Source: Chiloscyllium plagiosum
Taxonomy: Eukaryota
Assembly (NCBI RefSeq): GCF_004010195.1
Contig: NC_057754.1
Location: 3,846,925 to 3,910,924, forward strand
Reading direction: 5' to 3'
DNA: 64,000 nt
The notes beneath the pieces are model-generated. The model saw only the letters and a program-made list of their open reading frames with translations. It made no database searches and had not been told where the DNA came from. The translations under genes were made by a program, and so were the position numbers. How positions within the stretch are numbered: position 1 is the first letter of the stretch; each line of letters starts with the position of its first letter. This document shows positions 37,305-50,781 of this stretch, piece by piece.

Positions 37305-38550
37305 CTCTGTACACTGACTGGTGTCTCTCAGTCCCCGCTCTCCCTCAGGGAGATATCTGTACACTGACTGGTGTCTCCCAGTCTCCCCTCTCCCTCAGAG
37401 AGATATCTGTACACTGCCTGGTGTCTCCCAGTCTCCTCTCTCTCTCAGGGAGATATCTGTACACTGCCTGGTGTCTCCCAGTCTCCTCTCTCCCTCAGAG
37501 AGATATCTGTACACTGCCTGGTGTCTCCCAGTCCCCCCTCTCTCTCTCAGGGAGATACCTGTACACTGCCTGGTGTCTCTCAGTCCCCTCTCTCCCTCAG
37601 GGAGATATCTGTACACTGCCTGGTGTCTCTCAGTCCCCTATCTCCCTCAGGGAGATATCTGTACACTGCCTGGTGTCTCTCAGTCCCCTCTCTCCCTCAG
37701 GGAGATATCTGTACACTGCCTGGTGTCTCTCAGTCCCCTCTCTCTCAGGGAGATACCTGTACACTGACTGGTGTCTCTCAGTCCCCTCTCTCTCTCAGGG
37801 AGATATCTGTACACTGGCTGGTGTCTCGCAGACCCCCTCTCTCTCTCAGGGTGATATCTGTACACTGACTGTGATCTCTCAGGCTCCCCTCTCTCTCTCA
37901 GGGAGACATCTGTACACTGACTAGTGTCTCTCAGTCCTCTCTCTCCCTCAGGGAGATATCTGTACACTGACTAGTGTCTCTCAGTCCCCTCTCTCCCTCA
38001 GGGAGATATCTGTCCACTGACTGGTGTCTCTCAGTCCCCTCTCTCCCTCAGGGAGATATCTGTACACTGACTGGTGTCTCTGTCCCCTCTCTCCCTCAGG
38101 GAGATATCTGTACACTGACTGGTGGCTCTCAATCCCCTCTCTCCCTCAGGGAGATATCTGTACACTGACTGGTGTCTCTCAGTCCCCTCTCTCCCTCAGG
38201 GAGATATCTGTACACTGACTGGTGGCTCTCAGTCCCCTCTCTCTCTCAGGGTGATATCTGTATACTGACTGGTGTCTCTCAGTCCTCTCTCTCCTTCAGG
38301 GAGATATCTGTACACTGCCTGGTGTCTCTCAGTCCCCTCTCTCTCTCAGGGAGATTTCTGTACACTGACTGGTGTCTCTCAGTCCCCTCTCTCCCTCAGG
38401 GAGATATCTGTACACTGACTGGTGTCTCTCAGTCCCCTTTCTCCCTCAGGGAGATATCTGTACACTGACCGGTGGCTCTCAGTCTCCTCTCTCCCTCAGG
38501 GAGATATCTGTACACTGACTGGTGTCTCTCAGTCCCCTCTCTCCCTCAGG
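37305..38550 (+). repeat. ~50-bp minisatellite
   Basis: (ctgtacactgactggtgtctctcagtcccctctctccctcagggagatat)n, about 25 copies. Confidence 0.92.
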
Positions 38551-38795
38551 GCACTATGGGACAATTTAGCACGGCCAATCCACCCTAACCTGCACATCCC
38601 TGGGCACTATGGGACAATTTAGCACGGCTAAACCATCCCAACCTGCACATCTTTAGACTGCGGGAGGAAACTGGAGCACCCAGAGGAAATCCACATAGAC
38701 ATGGGGAGAATGTGCAAACTCCACACACAAGGTTGCCTGAGGCTGGAATCGAACCCTGGTCTCTGGCACTGTGTGGCAGCAGTGCTAATCACTGT
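38550..38795 (-). mobile_element. HE1-like V-SINE
   Basis: Reverse complement of the SINE head and V-domain. Confidence 0.75.
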
Positions 38796-39639
38796 ATGAG
38801 TTAAAAGCTAATAGTGTGTTCTTTCAGGATTGGTGCTCTTGAAGCACTGATCTTCCAACAACTCGGTGCTCCCCCAGTACTGACCCTCCGACTGTGCAGC
38901 ACTCCCTCAGCACTGACCCTCCAATAGTGCCCACTCCCTCAGCTCTGACCCTCCAATAGTGCCCACTCCCTCAGCATTGACCCTCCGACCGTGCAGCACT
39001 CCCTCAGCACTGACCCTCCAATAGTGCCCCCTCCCTCAGCACTGACCCTCCGACAGTGCGGCACTCTCTCAGCGCTGACCCTCCGACAGTGCCCGCTCCC
39101 TCAGCGCTGATCCTCTGACAGCACGGTGCTCCTTCACCATTCCCAATTCAAATTCCTGATTGGACTCCCTCTCGGTTGTGCTTCTCGCATCTTAGGCCTG
39201 GTGTGGGTTTTATGAGAGCTGTGGAGTCGCCTGGAGAAAAGAAATCCATCGTCAAAGGGGGAACTGGAGGTAAGCAGCTGCCAGTATCTCGCGGATTGCT
39301 TTGGGAGGCACACGCTCTGGTCTGGGTTACCGACCCCACCCTGGAGGCCCTGACGACAACATGGACCCGGTGGAATGCTGGGCCTGTTCAAGAGGTGACA
39401 GCCTGCATCTCCTGCTCCCCAGGAGCCATTGGTGTTTGGACTGCCCCATCCCACACCGTCCAGGGAGATGGGGTCTGTCTGACCAAGAGGGAGACCTCCG
39501 GCTTGGTTGTTTGTCCTGCCCTGGTCAAGTGCATTCCAGTGCACGAACCCACCCCTTAACATCTCCGATATGCTGGGCGGGAGTCGGACATGGCAAGTCA
39601 TTAGGAGTGCAAATGCTCAATTGTATTATGTGGGTGCAG

Positions 39640-40580
39640 AATTAGGCCTTCAGGCCTGTTCTCCACCATCCCGGCTAACCTGCGAATCTTCAACTCCACT
39701 CTCCTGTCTTTTCCCTTGACTCCCTTCCGGAATAAAAAAAATTCTATACCTCAGCCTAAGATCTATTTAATGACCCAACCACTACAAACCTCTACGGTAA
39801 AGAATTCCACAGATTCACACCCCTTCTGAGAGAAAAAAAAGCCCCTCATCTCTGCCCTAACCATGTGAGGCCCTCTGCTCCTGCACATGTCCCACAACAG
39901 GAAACAGCCCCTCTCCACACCTACCCTGTCAAAGTCCCGCAAAAAAATCTTCTCCATTTCAATAAGGTCATTCTTCTGAACTGTGGCAGATGGAGTTTAA
40001 TTTAGATAAATGTGAGGCGCTGCAGTTTGGAAAGACAAATTAAGGCATTTAACAGTATATATACTTCATGGAATACTGCATTCAACTCTGGTCTCCCAGC
40101 TATAGGAAGGATGTTGTGAAACTCTAAAGGGTTCAGAAAAGATTTAGGTTGCCAGGGTTAGAGGGTTTGAGCTATAGGGAGAGGCTGAACAGGCTGGGGC
40201 TGTTTTCCCTGGAGCGTCAGAGGCTGAGGGGTGACCTCATAAAGGTTTATAAAATCATGAGGGGCATAGATAGGGTAAATAGACAAGGTCTTTTCTCCAG
40301 GCTAGGGGGCACGGGTTTAAGGTGAGAGGGAACAAATTTAAAGGCACCTAACGGGCAACATTTTCAAACAGAGGGTGGTGTGTGTGTGGAACGAGCTGCC
40401 AGAGGAAGTGGTGGAGGCTGGTACATTGGCAACATTTAAAAGGCATTTAAAAGGGTACTCAAATAGGAAGGGTTTGGAGGGATGTGGGCCAAATGGGACT
40501 GGATTAATTTCGGATATCTGGTCAGCATGGACGAGTTGGACCAAAGGATCTGTCTCTGTGGTGTACGTCTCTCTGACTCC
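39640..40580. mobile_element. CR1-like LINE fragments
   Basis: Typical ORF2 C-terminal remnants in both orientations. Confidence 0.75.
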
Positions 40581-40884
40581 AGTGAGTATGAACCAACATA
40601 TTCACCCAATCCTCATTTGTCACTTCGATGGACTCCCCAGTGAGCATTCCCTGGACTGCTACAATTCTTTGACGAGGTCAAAATCCAAATGACACCAGGT
40701 TTTAGGGTATAACCTTGGGGGTTGTTTCATTTTTGACCTTGTCCAGCTCTGGCATCCCCACATCCTATGCTTTGATAAGGGGTCATGCTATTCCAACTAT
40801 GGCCCAATGAGTGCTTTGAACAGTTCAAAAAGAGGGGTAGGTTTTTTTTTTCAGACTCATTCACAGGACTGGCTGGGCGAGATT

Positions 40885-41365
40885 TAGATTAGATTAGATT
40901 CCCTACAGTGCGGAAACAGGCCCTTCGGCCCAACAAGTCCACACCGACCCTTCGAAGAGCAACCCACCCAGCCCCATCCCCCCACTCATGCACCGAACAC
41001 TATGGGATAATTTCCCATTGCCAATCCATCCTAACCTTCACATCCCTGGGCTCTATGGGTAAATATAGCACGGCCAATCCACCCTAACCTTCACATCCCA
41101 GGGCTCTATGGGGCAATTTAGCACGGCCAATCCACCCTAACCTGCACATCCCTGGGCACTATGGGACAATTTAGCACGGCCAATCCACCCTAACCTGCAC
41201 ACCTTTGGACTGTGGGAGGAAACCGGAGCACCCGGAGGAAACCCCACGCAGACATGTGGGGGAGAATGTGCAAACCCCACCCAGACAGTCGCTCGAGGCT
41301 GGGCTCGAACCCGGGTCCCTGGCGCTGTGAGGCAGCAGTGCTAACCACTGAGCCACCGTGCCACC
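40885..41365 (-). mobile_element. HE1-like V-SINE with internal repeats
   Basis: (agatt)n tail through to the tRNA-like head on the minus strand. Confidence 0.8.
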
Positions 41366-41859
41366 CTTTTAAATGCCCTAATTGCCCAGAAGATCAGATT
41401 GATGTGGGTCAAAAGTCGCATCAGGCAGTTTCCCTGTCTAGATGGACCAGATAGTTATTTCCAACAATGAGGTGGGGAAAAGGTCTGTGATAACTCAGCC
41501 ATTGGGTATGTCCGGGGCTCAGATCAGTCGATTCACATGGTGTTGAGCTCACAGATTGGCCTCTAACTCATTGAATGGGGGTAATTTGGGGTGGGGGTGC
41601 TGAATGGCCTTCTCTTTCCTGCACAGGTATGATGTGGTACAGACATAAAGTAAACCAGAAGAAAAAGATAACAGGACTAACAGGCTGAATGGTCCCCTCC
41701 GAATCCAGAATTAAGATTAGGAGCAAGGGAGGAACCGAGAAACTCTATTAATTGATTTTGTATTTTAATCTCTCTGGGTGCTTGTCGGATGCATGATTTC
41801 ACTGACTCTGGGAAAATTAGCAACTTTTAGATGTTGCTTCCAGAGCCGGAGAACTGAAG

Positions 41860-42215
41860 CCTGGGGCTGGAGTTGGGGAGAGAGAGAGAGAGAGAGACCC
41901 CAGGGGGCTGGGGGAAGAGAGAGTGAGAGACCCGGTGGAGAGAGAGAGAGAGAGAGAGAGAAAGAGATAGAGACATCTAGGCCAGGGTTGGGTTCAGGAG
42001 GGGTGTCCAGGGCTGGGGAAAGAGAAAGAGAGAGATCCCAGGGCTGGGGGTAGAGAGAGAGAGAGGGAGAGAGCAAGGCCCCAGGGCTAGGGGGAGAGAG
42101 ACCCAAGGCCTGGGGATAGAGAGAGAGAGAGAGAGATAGAGAGAGAGAGCCTAGGGCTAGACAGAGAGAGACCTCAGAGTTGGGGGTAGAGAGAGAGACC
42201 CCAGGGCAGGGGACA
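41860..42215 (+). repeat. GA-rich low-complexity repeat upstream of the K2P gene
   Basis: (ga)n blocks interspersed with ccagggctgggg. Confidence 0.8.
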
Positions 42216-42492
42216 ATGGATGTTTTTGACCTCATCCCTTTGTGACATCCCTGAGGGACACTAAGAGTTAGATTGAGACAGAGGGAGAGAACCAAACGTA
42301 TTTTGGAAACAGCAAGAAATTTCCTTCCCCAAAGTTGTGACAGAAGTTTTTGTTTTGTTTGTTATTAACCTCTCCCAAGGGGAGATGGAGCTCATTCTGC
42401 AACCCAGCTCCTTGTGCCCAGCTCGCTCCAATGTCCTGAAGACCCAGGTGAAAAGCTGGTGGCCCACTGGGAGCTGGTGTGCCCACTGAGCC

Positions 42493-42823
42493 ATGGCAGA
42501 GCACCGTCCACACTGTGACCTCAAGGCCTGCTATTTCCTGAAGCTAACTCTCTGCTTCCTGGTCTACGTGCTCTTCGGCACGGTGGTCTTCTCTGCTGTT
42601 GAGCAGCCTTGGGAGGTGCAGATGAGGAAGGAGTTGGTCGAGATGAAGTCCACGTTCTTACAGCAGCATGGCTGCATCCCAGAGCCAGAGTTGGACGCTC
42701 TTCTGCACAGGGTGATCACCGCCAGCAACTATGGTGTCTCGGCCTTGAGAAATGCTTCGGATGACCACAACTGGGACTTGGCCTCATCACTCTTCTTCGT
42801 CAGTACTGTGCTCACCACCATTG
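42493..42823 (+). CDS. KCNK7: TWIK-subfamily two-pore K+ channel exon 1 (M1, cap, P1)
   Basis: gagccATGg; M1 helix, cap Cys (HGCI), NAS sequon, WDLASSLFFVSTVLTTI-G|gtaaag. The symbol comes from the position directly downstream of MAP3K11 on the same strand, as in human; the sequence alone supports only KCNK1/6/7. Confidence 0.85.
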
Positions 42824-42959
42824 GTAAAGAATAACCCTCTCTCTCTCTCTCTCTCTCTCTCAGTCCTCTCACTGTTCATCTCCTCCTCCTCTCCCATCCC
42901 TCACCTTCACACCCTCTATCCTGGCCTGCTGTACCTCTCATCTCTTCCCTCACCCCTCT

Positions 42960-43450
42960 TTCTCCCTCTCTCTCCACCACACTATCTCTCCTCTCTCTCA
43001 TCCATCTTTCCCTCTCTCTCCACCACACTATCTCTCCTCTCTCTCATCCATCTTTCCCTCTCTCTCCACCACACTATCTCTCCTCTCTCTCATCCATCTT
43101 TCCCTCTCTCTCCACCACACTATCTCTCCTCTCTCTCATCCATCTTTCCCTCTCTCTCCACCACACTATCTCTCCTCTCTCTCATCCATCTTTCCCTCTC
43201 TCTCCACCACACTATCTCTCCTCTCTCTCATCCATCTTTCCCTCTCTCTCCACCACACTATCTCTCCTCTCTCTCATCCATCTTTCCCTCTCTCTCCACC
43301 ACACTATCTCTCCTCTCTCTCATCCATCTTTCCCTCTCTCTCCACCACACTATCTCTCCTCTCTCTCATCCATCTTTCCCTCTCTCTCCACCACACTATC
43401 TCTCCTCTCTCTCATCCATCTTTCCCTCTCTCCCACACCACTATCTCTCC
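42960..43450 (+). repeat. 47-bp pyrimidine-rich tandem repeat
   Basis: (ccaccacactatctctcctctctctcatccatctttccctctctct)n, about 10 near-identical copies. Confidence 0.92.
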
Positions 43451-44683
43451 GCCCACCCTATTCTCTCTCACCCCTCTCTCACTACTCTCTGTCCTCTGTC
43501 TCCCTCCCCTCCTCTCTCCCGACTGTCCCTCACTCCTGGTATGTTTGCTGTTATTATTCATTGCATTGAGTGCAGGGAGTTGGGAAGTCATGTTGCGGCT
43601 GTACAGGACATTGGCTCGGTCACTTTTGGAATACTGCATTCAATTCTGATCTCTCTGCTATAGGAAAGATTGAAACTCGAAAGGGTGCAGAAAAGATTTG
43701 CAAGGATGTAGCCAGGGTTGGAGGGAATGAGCTACAGGGAGAGGCTGAACAGGCTGGGGCTGTTTTCCCTGGAGCGTCGGAGGCTGAGGGGTGACCTTAC
43801 AGAGGTTTATAAAATCACGAGGGGCAGGGCTGAATTGACTATTCTTTTTGAAATTCTCTTGAGGGATTTGGCTGACTGCACCAGCATTTATTACCAATCC
43901 CATGTTGCCTAGAGAAGGTGATATTGAGCTGCTTTCTTGAACAACTGCAGTCCATGTACTGTAGGGACACCCACAATACCATTAAGGAGGGAACTCCAGC
44001 ATTTTGACCCAGTGAAGGAACAACCGATATATTTCCAAATCTGTATGATGAGTGGCTCAGAGGGGGGATTGATGGGGGGGGGTGGCGTTCCTAAGTATCT
44101 GCTGCCCTTGTCCTTCCAGATGGAAGTGGTCGTGGATTTGAAACATCTCAAGACATATGGCAAATTTCTGCAGTCCATCTTGTGGATGGCACACACTGCT
44201 GCTACTGAGCGTCAGTGGCAGGGGGAATGGAGACTTGTGGATGCGAGGGTTGCTTTGCGCCTGGGTGGTGTTGAGCTTCTCGAGTGTTGATGGAGATGCC
44301 CCACCCCCCCATCCAGCGGCAAGTGCAGAAGATTCCATCACACTCTTGACTCCTACCTTGTTGATGGGAGGGACAGGCTTCGGGGAGTCAGGGGGTGAGT
44401 CATTCACTGCAGGATTCCTAGCTTCTGAGTCGCTCTTGTAGCCAGTATCTGGTCAATGTTGAGTTTCTGATGATCCCGAAGAGTGGAGAGGGGGGGGATT
44501 CAGTAATGGGTAACGCCATTGAATGTTAGGGGCCGGTGGCAAATTGGTCTCTTATTGGAGATGGGCAGAGGCTGGCATGACTGTTTCTGTGAGAAAGTGA
44601 GGACTGCAGGTGCTGGAGATCAGAGCTGAAAAATGTGTTGCTGGAAAAGCGCAGCAGGTCAGGCAGCATCCAAGGAGCAGGAG

Positions 44684-44721
44684 GGATCGACGTTTCGGGC
44701 ATGAGCCCTTCTTCAGGATTC
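44684..44721 (-). ncRNA. Minimal hammerhead ribozyme motif
   Basis: Minus strand: gaatc-CTGAAGA-A-GGGC-tcat-GCCC-GAAAC-GTC-gatcc. Confidence 0.6.
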
Positions 44722-45004
44722 TCCTGCTCCTTGGATGCTGCCTGACCTGCTGCGCTTTTCCAGCAACACATTTTCAGCTCATGACTGTTTCTGTGCTGTA
44801 CATCATTTCTGCTCTGGGGTTCTGCTGAGGGCTGATTCAGGGGCAGATTTGCAGCGTTAGACGAATTGGGAATATGTTCAGAGTGATGGAGATAGAACTG
44901 CAGAGTGGGGTTCATGGCCCAGCGTGTCTCTTGTCGGGGTCTCTGTGAAAGGGGTGGCGTTGGCAAATCCTTCCTAACCTATTATTTCTCTCACTTGTCT
45001 CCAG

Positions 45005-45400
45005 GTTACGGGCACAGTGTTCCCTTCACCAGTGGAGGCAAAGCCTTCTGTATACTGTACTCAGTGTTGGGGATTCCCATCACCCTTCTCCTGCTCACCA
45101 GCGTGGTGCAGCACCTCATGTTCTACGTGCACTGGGTGCCCATCACGTACATCCACACCCACTGGCGCCTGGCCATGCCAGTGGTGGCCCGGATCCATGC
45201 CCTGGTAATTGGCAGCGTGGTGGCTGGTTGCTTCTTCCTGATCCCGGCGGCAGCGTTCACGGCTTTGGAGGAGGACTGGGATTACGTCTCGTCTCTCTAC
45301 TTCTGCTTCATCTCCCTCAGCACCATCGGCCTGGGGGATTATGTTCCTGGCAATTCCCGTTACCCCAGCCTTCGGAACCTCTACAAGGTCGGCATCGCAT
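45005..45400 (+). CDS. KCNK7: TWIK-subfamily K2P channel exon 2 (P1 end, M2, M3, P2)
   Basis: ccag|...|gtgagt, 396 nt; GYGHSVPFTSGGKAFCILYSVLGIP...SLYFCFISLSTIGLGDYVPG. Confidence 0.9.
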
Positions 45401-45404
45401 GTGA

Positions 45405-45975
45405 GTCATGGAGACGTACAGCACAGAGACAGCCCCTTCGGTCCATCCCGTCCATGCCAACCCAAAATCCTAACCTAATCTAGTCCCATTTGCCAGCCTT
45501 TGGTCCATATCCCTCCAAACCCTTCCTATTCATATACCCATCCAGATGCCTTTTTAATGTTGTCATTGTACCAGCCTCCTCTGGCAGCTCATTCCATACA
45601 CGTACCACCCTCTGCGTGAAAAAGTTGCCCCTTAGGTCTCTTTTACACCTTTCCCCTCTCACCCTAAACCTATGCCCCTCTAGTTCTGGACTCCCCGACC
45701 CAGGGAAAAGACCTTGTCTATTTATCCTATCCATGCCCCCTCATTACTTTGTAAACCTCTGTAATGTCACCCCTCAGCCTCCGACGCTCCAGGGAAAACA
45801 GCCCCAGCCTGTTCAGCCTCTCCCTGTCGCTCAGACCCTCCAACCCTGGCAACATCCTTGTAAATCCTTTCAAGTGTCACAATGTCCTTCCGTTAGGAAG
45901 GAGACCAGAATTGCACGCAATGTTCCAATAATGGTCCAACCAATGTCCTGTATAGTGGCAACATGGCCTCCCAAT
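45405..45975 (-). mobile_element. CR1-like LINE 3' end inserted just after the K2P exon 2 donor
   Basis: RDLRGNFFTQRVVRVWNELP on the minus strand. Confidence 0.85.
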
Positions 45976-46010
45976 TCCTGATGAAGGGCTTTTGCCCGAA
46001 ACGTCAATTC
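45973..46010 (+). ncRNA. Minimal hammerhead ribozyme motif
   Basis: CTGATGA-A-GGGC-TTTT-GCCC-GAAAC-GTC; helix I is poor. Confidence 0.5.
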
Positions 46011-47169
46011 TCCTGCTCCTCGGATGCTGCCTGACCTGCTGTGCTTTTCCAGCACCACTTTGATCTAGACTCAGGTTTCCAGCACCCGCAGTCCTTGTTT
46101 TAACCTCCCAACTCCTGCCCTCAGTGTAGTTGCTTGGCTTGGGTAGGGGGCTCTCGGAGGGGGTGGTGGGTGCTCCCTGTCAGAAGATTCACTGTGGCTC
46201 AGTCCTCAGAGCTTCACACCTCACCTTTGGAAAGGTGGGGGAGGTGGGGGGGGGGGGGTCCAAGCCTGTCCGATGTCTCCCCTTTCAGGTGAGACGTCAA
46301 ACTGAGGGTCCCGTCTTCCTGCCGTGGGGTGGGTGTGCATGGAAGGATCCTGTGGGCGGCTCTTTGCCATAAGCACTCACCCCGGTGTCACTGATGGTCC
46401 CTCCACTAACCTCACTAACTACAGAACAAATTTGTTGTGGGAATCCTCTTGTGTGTAAGCTGGCTTCCCGCACACCCACCAGCACGCCCAAGCGGACTCC
46501 TCAGCAGGCCGGGGAACATCTCCAACTGGCCGACAATGAGGTGCTGAGGACGCAGGTTCGAATCCTGAAGGGGGAGGCTGTGAGCTCGCTAGAACGGGGG
46601 GTGTGGGAGTTTAATGTCGAGGGGCTCAGCTTAGGTGGAATTGACACGAGGTGAGTGGCAGATTGTGGATAAATGGGAAAGTCAGTAGGTAAAACCGGTT
46701 GGCTGAGCGTCGTTTTAGTCGGTGATAGATTGGCAAAGTGGATGTGCAAAGGGTCCCCAAGCAGTCTGTGAAAACAAGCAGCGAGGAAGGCCAAGAGGGG
46801 GGGAATGGCCTCGTGGTATTATCACTGGACTGTTGACCCAGGTGATGTTTCCGGGTTTGAATCCCAACTGTGCTGGAAATGTGAATTCAACAAGAATCTG
46901 GAGTCAGGAATTCACTGTTGGGAAAACCCATCTGCTTCACTAATGTCCTTCAGGGAAGGAAACTACCATCCTTAGCTGGTCTGACGCCAGTGTGAGTCCA
47001 GACCCACAGCAACATGGTTGACTCTTAACTACCTCCTGGGCGATTAGGAACGGGCAATAAATGCTGGGCCTGGCCAGTGATGCCCTCATCCCGCATGAAT
47101 TTTTTAAAAAAGTACGTCGGTCTTCCTTGCTGGAAAATTTGAGTAGAGGAGCAAGGAAGTATTTCTGTG

Positions 47170-47655
47170 GCTGTATCACACCTCTGGAGTATTGTGCATA
47201 GCTTTGACTGCCTTACCTCAGGAAGTCGTTACTTGCCATGGAGAGAGAAGCAGACTGGTTTGTCTCACGAGGGTCAATCGGTTCAACCGGGCCCGGACTC
47301 ACTGAGGCTGAAGAAGGACGAGAAACGTTTAAAGTTCCACCAGTGCTGGACAGACGGAATGCAAGGATTGCACGTCCTCCGTGGGGAATTCTCGAACAAG
47401 CGGTGACAAACTCAGTTTGGGACTGAGATGAAGGAAAATTCCTTCCCTCAGGGTGGCCACCCGTGTGGAACTCTCTACCACAGAAGACTGTGGAGGCCAA
47501 GTCGCTGAATATATTTTCGGGAAGAATTAGATTGGTTCCCAGAAGGTAAGGGGGTCATGGGATTTAGGGAGAGGGCAGAGGTTTGGTGTTCTGCTGGAGG
47601 ATCAGCCATGATTACGTTGCATGAGGAAGCGGGCTTGACGGGCTGAATGGTCATT
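47170..47655 (+). mobile_element. Decayed CR1-like fragment
   Basis: HLEYC...FRTEMKENSF...VWNSLPQKTVEAKSLNIF remnant. Confidence 0.65.
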
Positions 47656-49154
47656 TCTCGTCAGGACTACGTTTCTCAGATTGGCTTTAAAGCATTTTGA
47701 GGTGTCCTGGCTTTGCGAAAGGTGCTACATCAATGCGTGCCTTTCTCTTTCAACCTTGTGGCTTTGTCACTACCCTCTCCTGTAAGCGGTCTTATCATCT
47801 TGTGTTCAGGAGTGACCCAAAGTTTAACTCCACTGAAGGTCTCGCTGACAGTGTCCCGTTGTGATGTGACCTGGGTATGGGTGCCACCTCCAAATGTTCT
47901 GAAGGTGGCCTGTGATGACACTTGGTGAGATGGGGACCAGTTGAAATCATTAACTTAAGAGAGAGTGAACAGACAAGGCAGATAACTGGGCTCCTCAGTC
48001 AGTAGTACAGCTCAGGGTCAGTTAGCTCAGTTGGCTGGATGGTCAGCCTGCAATGCACAATGACAACAACAACGCGGGTTCAGTTCCTGTACTGACCAAA
48101 GGTACCTTACCCCTCACCGGAGTCACAGAGATGGACAGCACAGAAACAGACCCTTCAATCCAACTCGTCCATGCCGACCAGATATCCTAACCGAATCTAG
48201 TCTGATTTGGCTCATATTCCTCTAAATTCTTCCTATTCATATACCCTTTTAAATGTTGTCATTGTACCAGCCTCCACCACTTCCTCTGGCAGCTCAATCC
48301 ATACACGCACCACCCTCTGGGTGAAAAAGTTGCCCCTTAGTTCCCTTTGGAATCTTTCCCCTTTCACCTTAAGAGGTGACCCTCAGATTAACCTCACCTC
48401 CAGCTTTGTCTCTGTCTCTCTCTCTCTAATGAGAGAGTGGGACTATGGTGACTTGACCTAACATAATCCACACTTTACTCCTCCCTTTCTCAGCTTACGC
48501 GATTGACAAAATCCCCACTGCGAAGCTCACCCACGCGCTAAATCTCTGAAATAAACCCAGAAAATACCAGAGGAACTCAGCAGGTCTGGCAGCATCAGTA
48601 GAGAGCGGGAAATAGTTAATGTTTTGAGTCCGGTGTGATTGAAGGTAATCTTGAGAGGCTAAACTTCTGATGCTGGAAGATTTCTGTTTATAAAACAGAC
48701 TTGCTGTCAAAGTGGATGAATTCACACAATCTGGCAGAATGTGCCTACTCACTCAACCTGTCCCCTTACAGACCATCTACCTCACCTCGATAACTTCCTC
48801 TCCTACCTAACTTGAAGGTGTTAGTAAATTTAACTGCCATATGTTCAGCCATTGCACCTGAGTCATTGATAGAGATTGCAAGTAGTTGAGGAGCTAAACA
48901 TTGATCACCACAGATTATCCACTCCAAAAATCTCATTGTCTGCTCCCTGTTCAGTAGCCAGTTCTTTTCCTATGCTAACAAGTTACCCCACAACTCAATG
49001 TGCTTCAAAGTTGTGTACCAACTATGGTTTTTGGCAGCTTGGACAAATGTTTTTATGGATTAGAGTGGTGCTGGAAAAGCACAGCAGTTCAGGCAGCATC
49101 TGAGGAGCAGGAAAATCGACCTTTCGGGCAAAAGCCCTTCATCGGGAATACCTC

Positions 49155-49191
49155 TATTCCTGATGAAGGGCTTTTGCCCGAAACGTCGATT
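49155..49191 (+). ncRNA. Minimal hammerhead ribozyme motif inside a hairpin element
   Basis: CTGATGA-A-GGGC-TTTT-GCCC-GAAAC-GTC; a mutated copy lies on the opposite arm. Confidence 0.55.
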
Positions 49192-49359
49192 TTCCTGCAC
49201 CTCAGATGCTGCCTGACCTGCTGTGCTTTTCCAGCACCACTCTAATCTAGATTCTGGTTTCCAGCATCTGCAGTCATTGTTTTTACCCAAATGTTTTTTA
49301 TAGAAATCTAAGTACACCACATCTACCTGTTCCACTCTATTGACTGTGAATGTTACTTA

Positions 49360-49690
49360 GAATCATAAAATCCCTGCAGTGTGGACACAGGCTGTTTGGC
49401 CCATCGAGTCTGCACCAACCCTCCGAAGAGCATCCTACCCTAACTCCATAACACCACATATACCATGACTAACCCACCCTAACCTGCACATCCCTGGGCA
49501 CTATGGGACAATTTAGCACGGCCAATCCACCCTAACCTGTACATCTTGGACTGTGGGAGGAAGCCGGGGCACACGGAGGAAACCCACGCAGACACGGGGA
49601 TACTGTGCAAACTCCACACAGACAGTCGCCCGAGGCTGGAATCAAATCCAGGTCCCCTGGTGCCGTGAGGCAGCAGTGCTGACCACTGAC
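49360..49690 (-). mobile_element. HE1-like V-SINE
   Basis: Reverse complement of the SINE. Confidence 0.75.
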
Positions 49691-50781
49691 TCCACTATGT
49701 ACTTTAACCCTGCGTCTAATGCTCCTGCTATAACCTCCTTCATAACAAACTTCCCTGCAAGATTCCTGCTTAGTCTCTCCCACCTCACTCAAATAAAGGT
49801 GTTACGTTTATTATTTTCCGACCCTCTGGGATATTCCTCAGGGATTTCACTCCTCTGTCCACAGCCCCAAAGGGGACAATGGCACGTGAAAATGTCTTCA
49901 CTGCTACCCAGGCCAAGAGCGCAGTGGGTTTGAGTGACCAATTATTTACAGAAACCAGTTGATAAATTGCTGGCCGTTTGCACTAAATGACGTCTCGGTT
50001 TAGTTTTACATTTTTTACAAATTGAAGGCTCGCCCTCAGACAGAAGTCCTTTTGTTTTTGAATCTTTTCACAGGGAAGCTTATTAACATCCTCCAAACAG
50101 GATTAGTCGGAAGGAGCTTAAAATGAGATCTTCTTTCCCCTTGGGTGAGGGGTTGGGTGGGGGGGTTGGGTTGGAGTGTTCGTAGGCCAGGGAGTTCAAT
50201 CCAAAGGGAAAGAGCAAGGAATGATGTGAAGTGAAGGGAGATCCGTTTCGGGGCAGGGTGTGTTTCTGTCTTGAGGTGGATGCAGCAACTTTATCAGGGC
50301 ACAGCAAGATGCCAGGACGCACATTCCCTTGGCATTGAATGAGGGAGGATTTTTGTCTCAGGCCTTGGAAGAACGCCCGATTTTAATTCCAACAGACTTT
50401 TACTCCGTATCTAACCCCGTGCTGTCCCTGTCCTGGGAGTGTTTGATGGGGGACAGTGTAGAGGGAGCTTTACTCTGTATCTAACCCTGTGCTGTCCCTG
50501 TCCTGGGGAGTGTTTGATGGGGGGACAGTGTAGAGGGAGTTTTCCTCTGTCTCTAACCCTGTGCAGTCCCTGTCCTGGGGAGTGTTTGATGGGGGGACAG
50601 TATAGAGGGAGCTTTCCTCTGTATCTAACCCTGTGCTGTCCCTGTCCTGGAGAGTGTTTGATGGGGGGACAGTGTAGAGAGAGCTTTCCTCTGTATCTAA
50701 CCCCGTGCTGGCCTTGTCCTGTTTAGACGGTAGTGGGCAGGGTTAACCAGAGTGACCTTGCCTCCCTTTGCCCACGTGCAG

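Noticed and set aside
42752-43663. 303-aa Ser/Leu/His/Pro-rich ORF
   Set aside because: Translation of the 47-bp pyrimidine-rich repeat in K2P intron 1.
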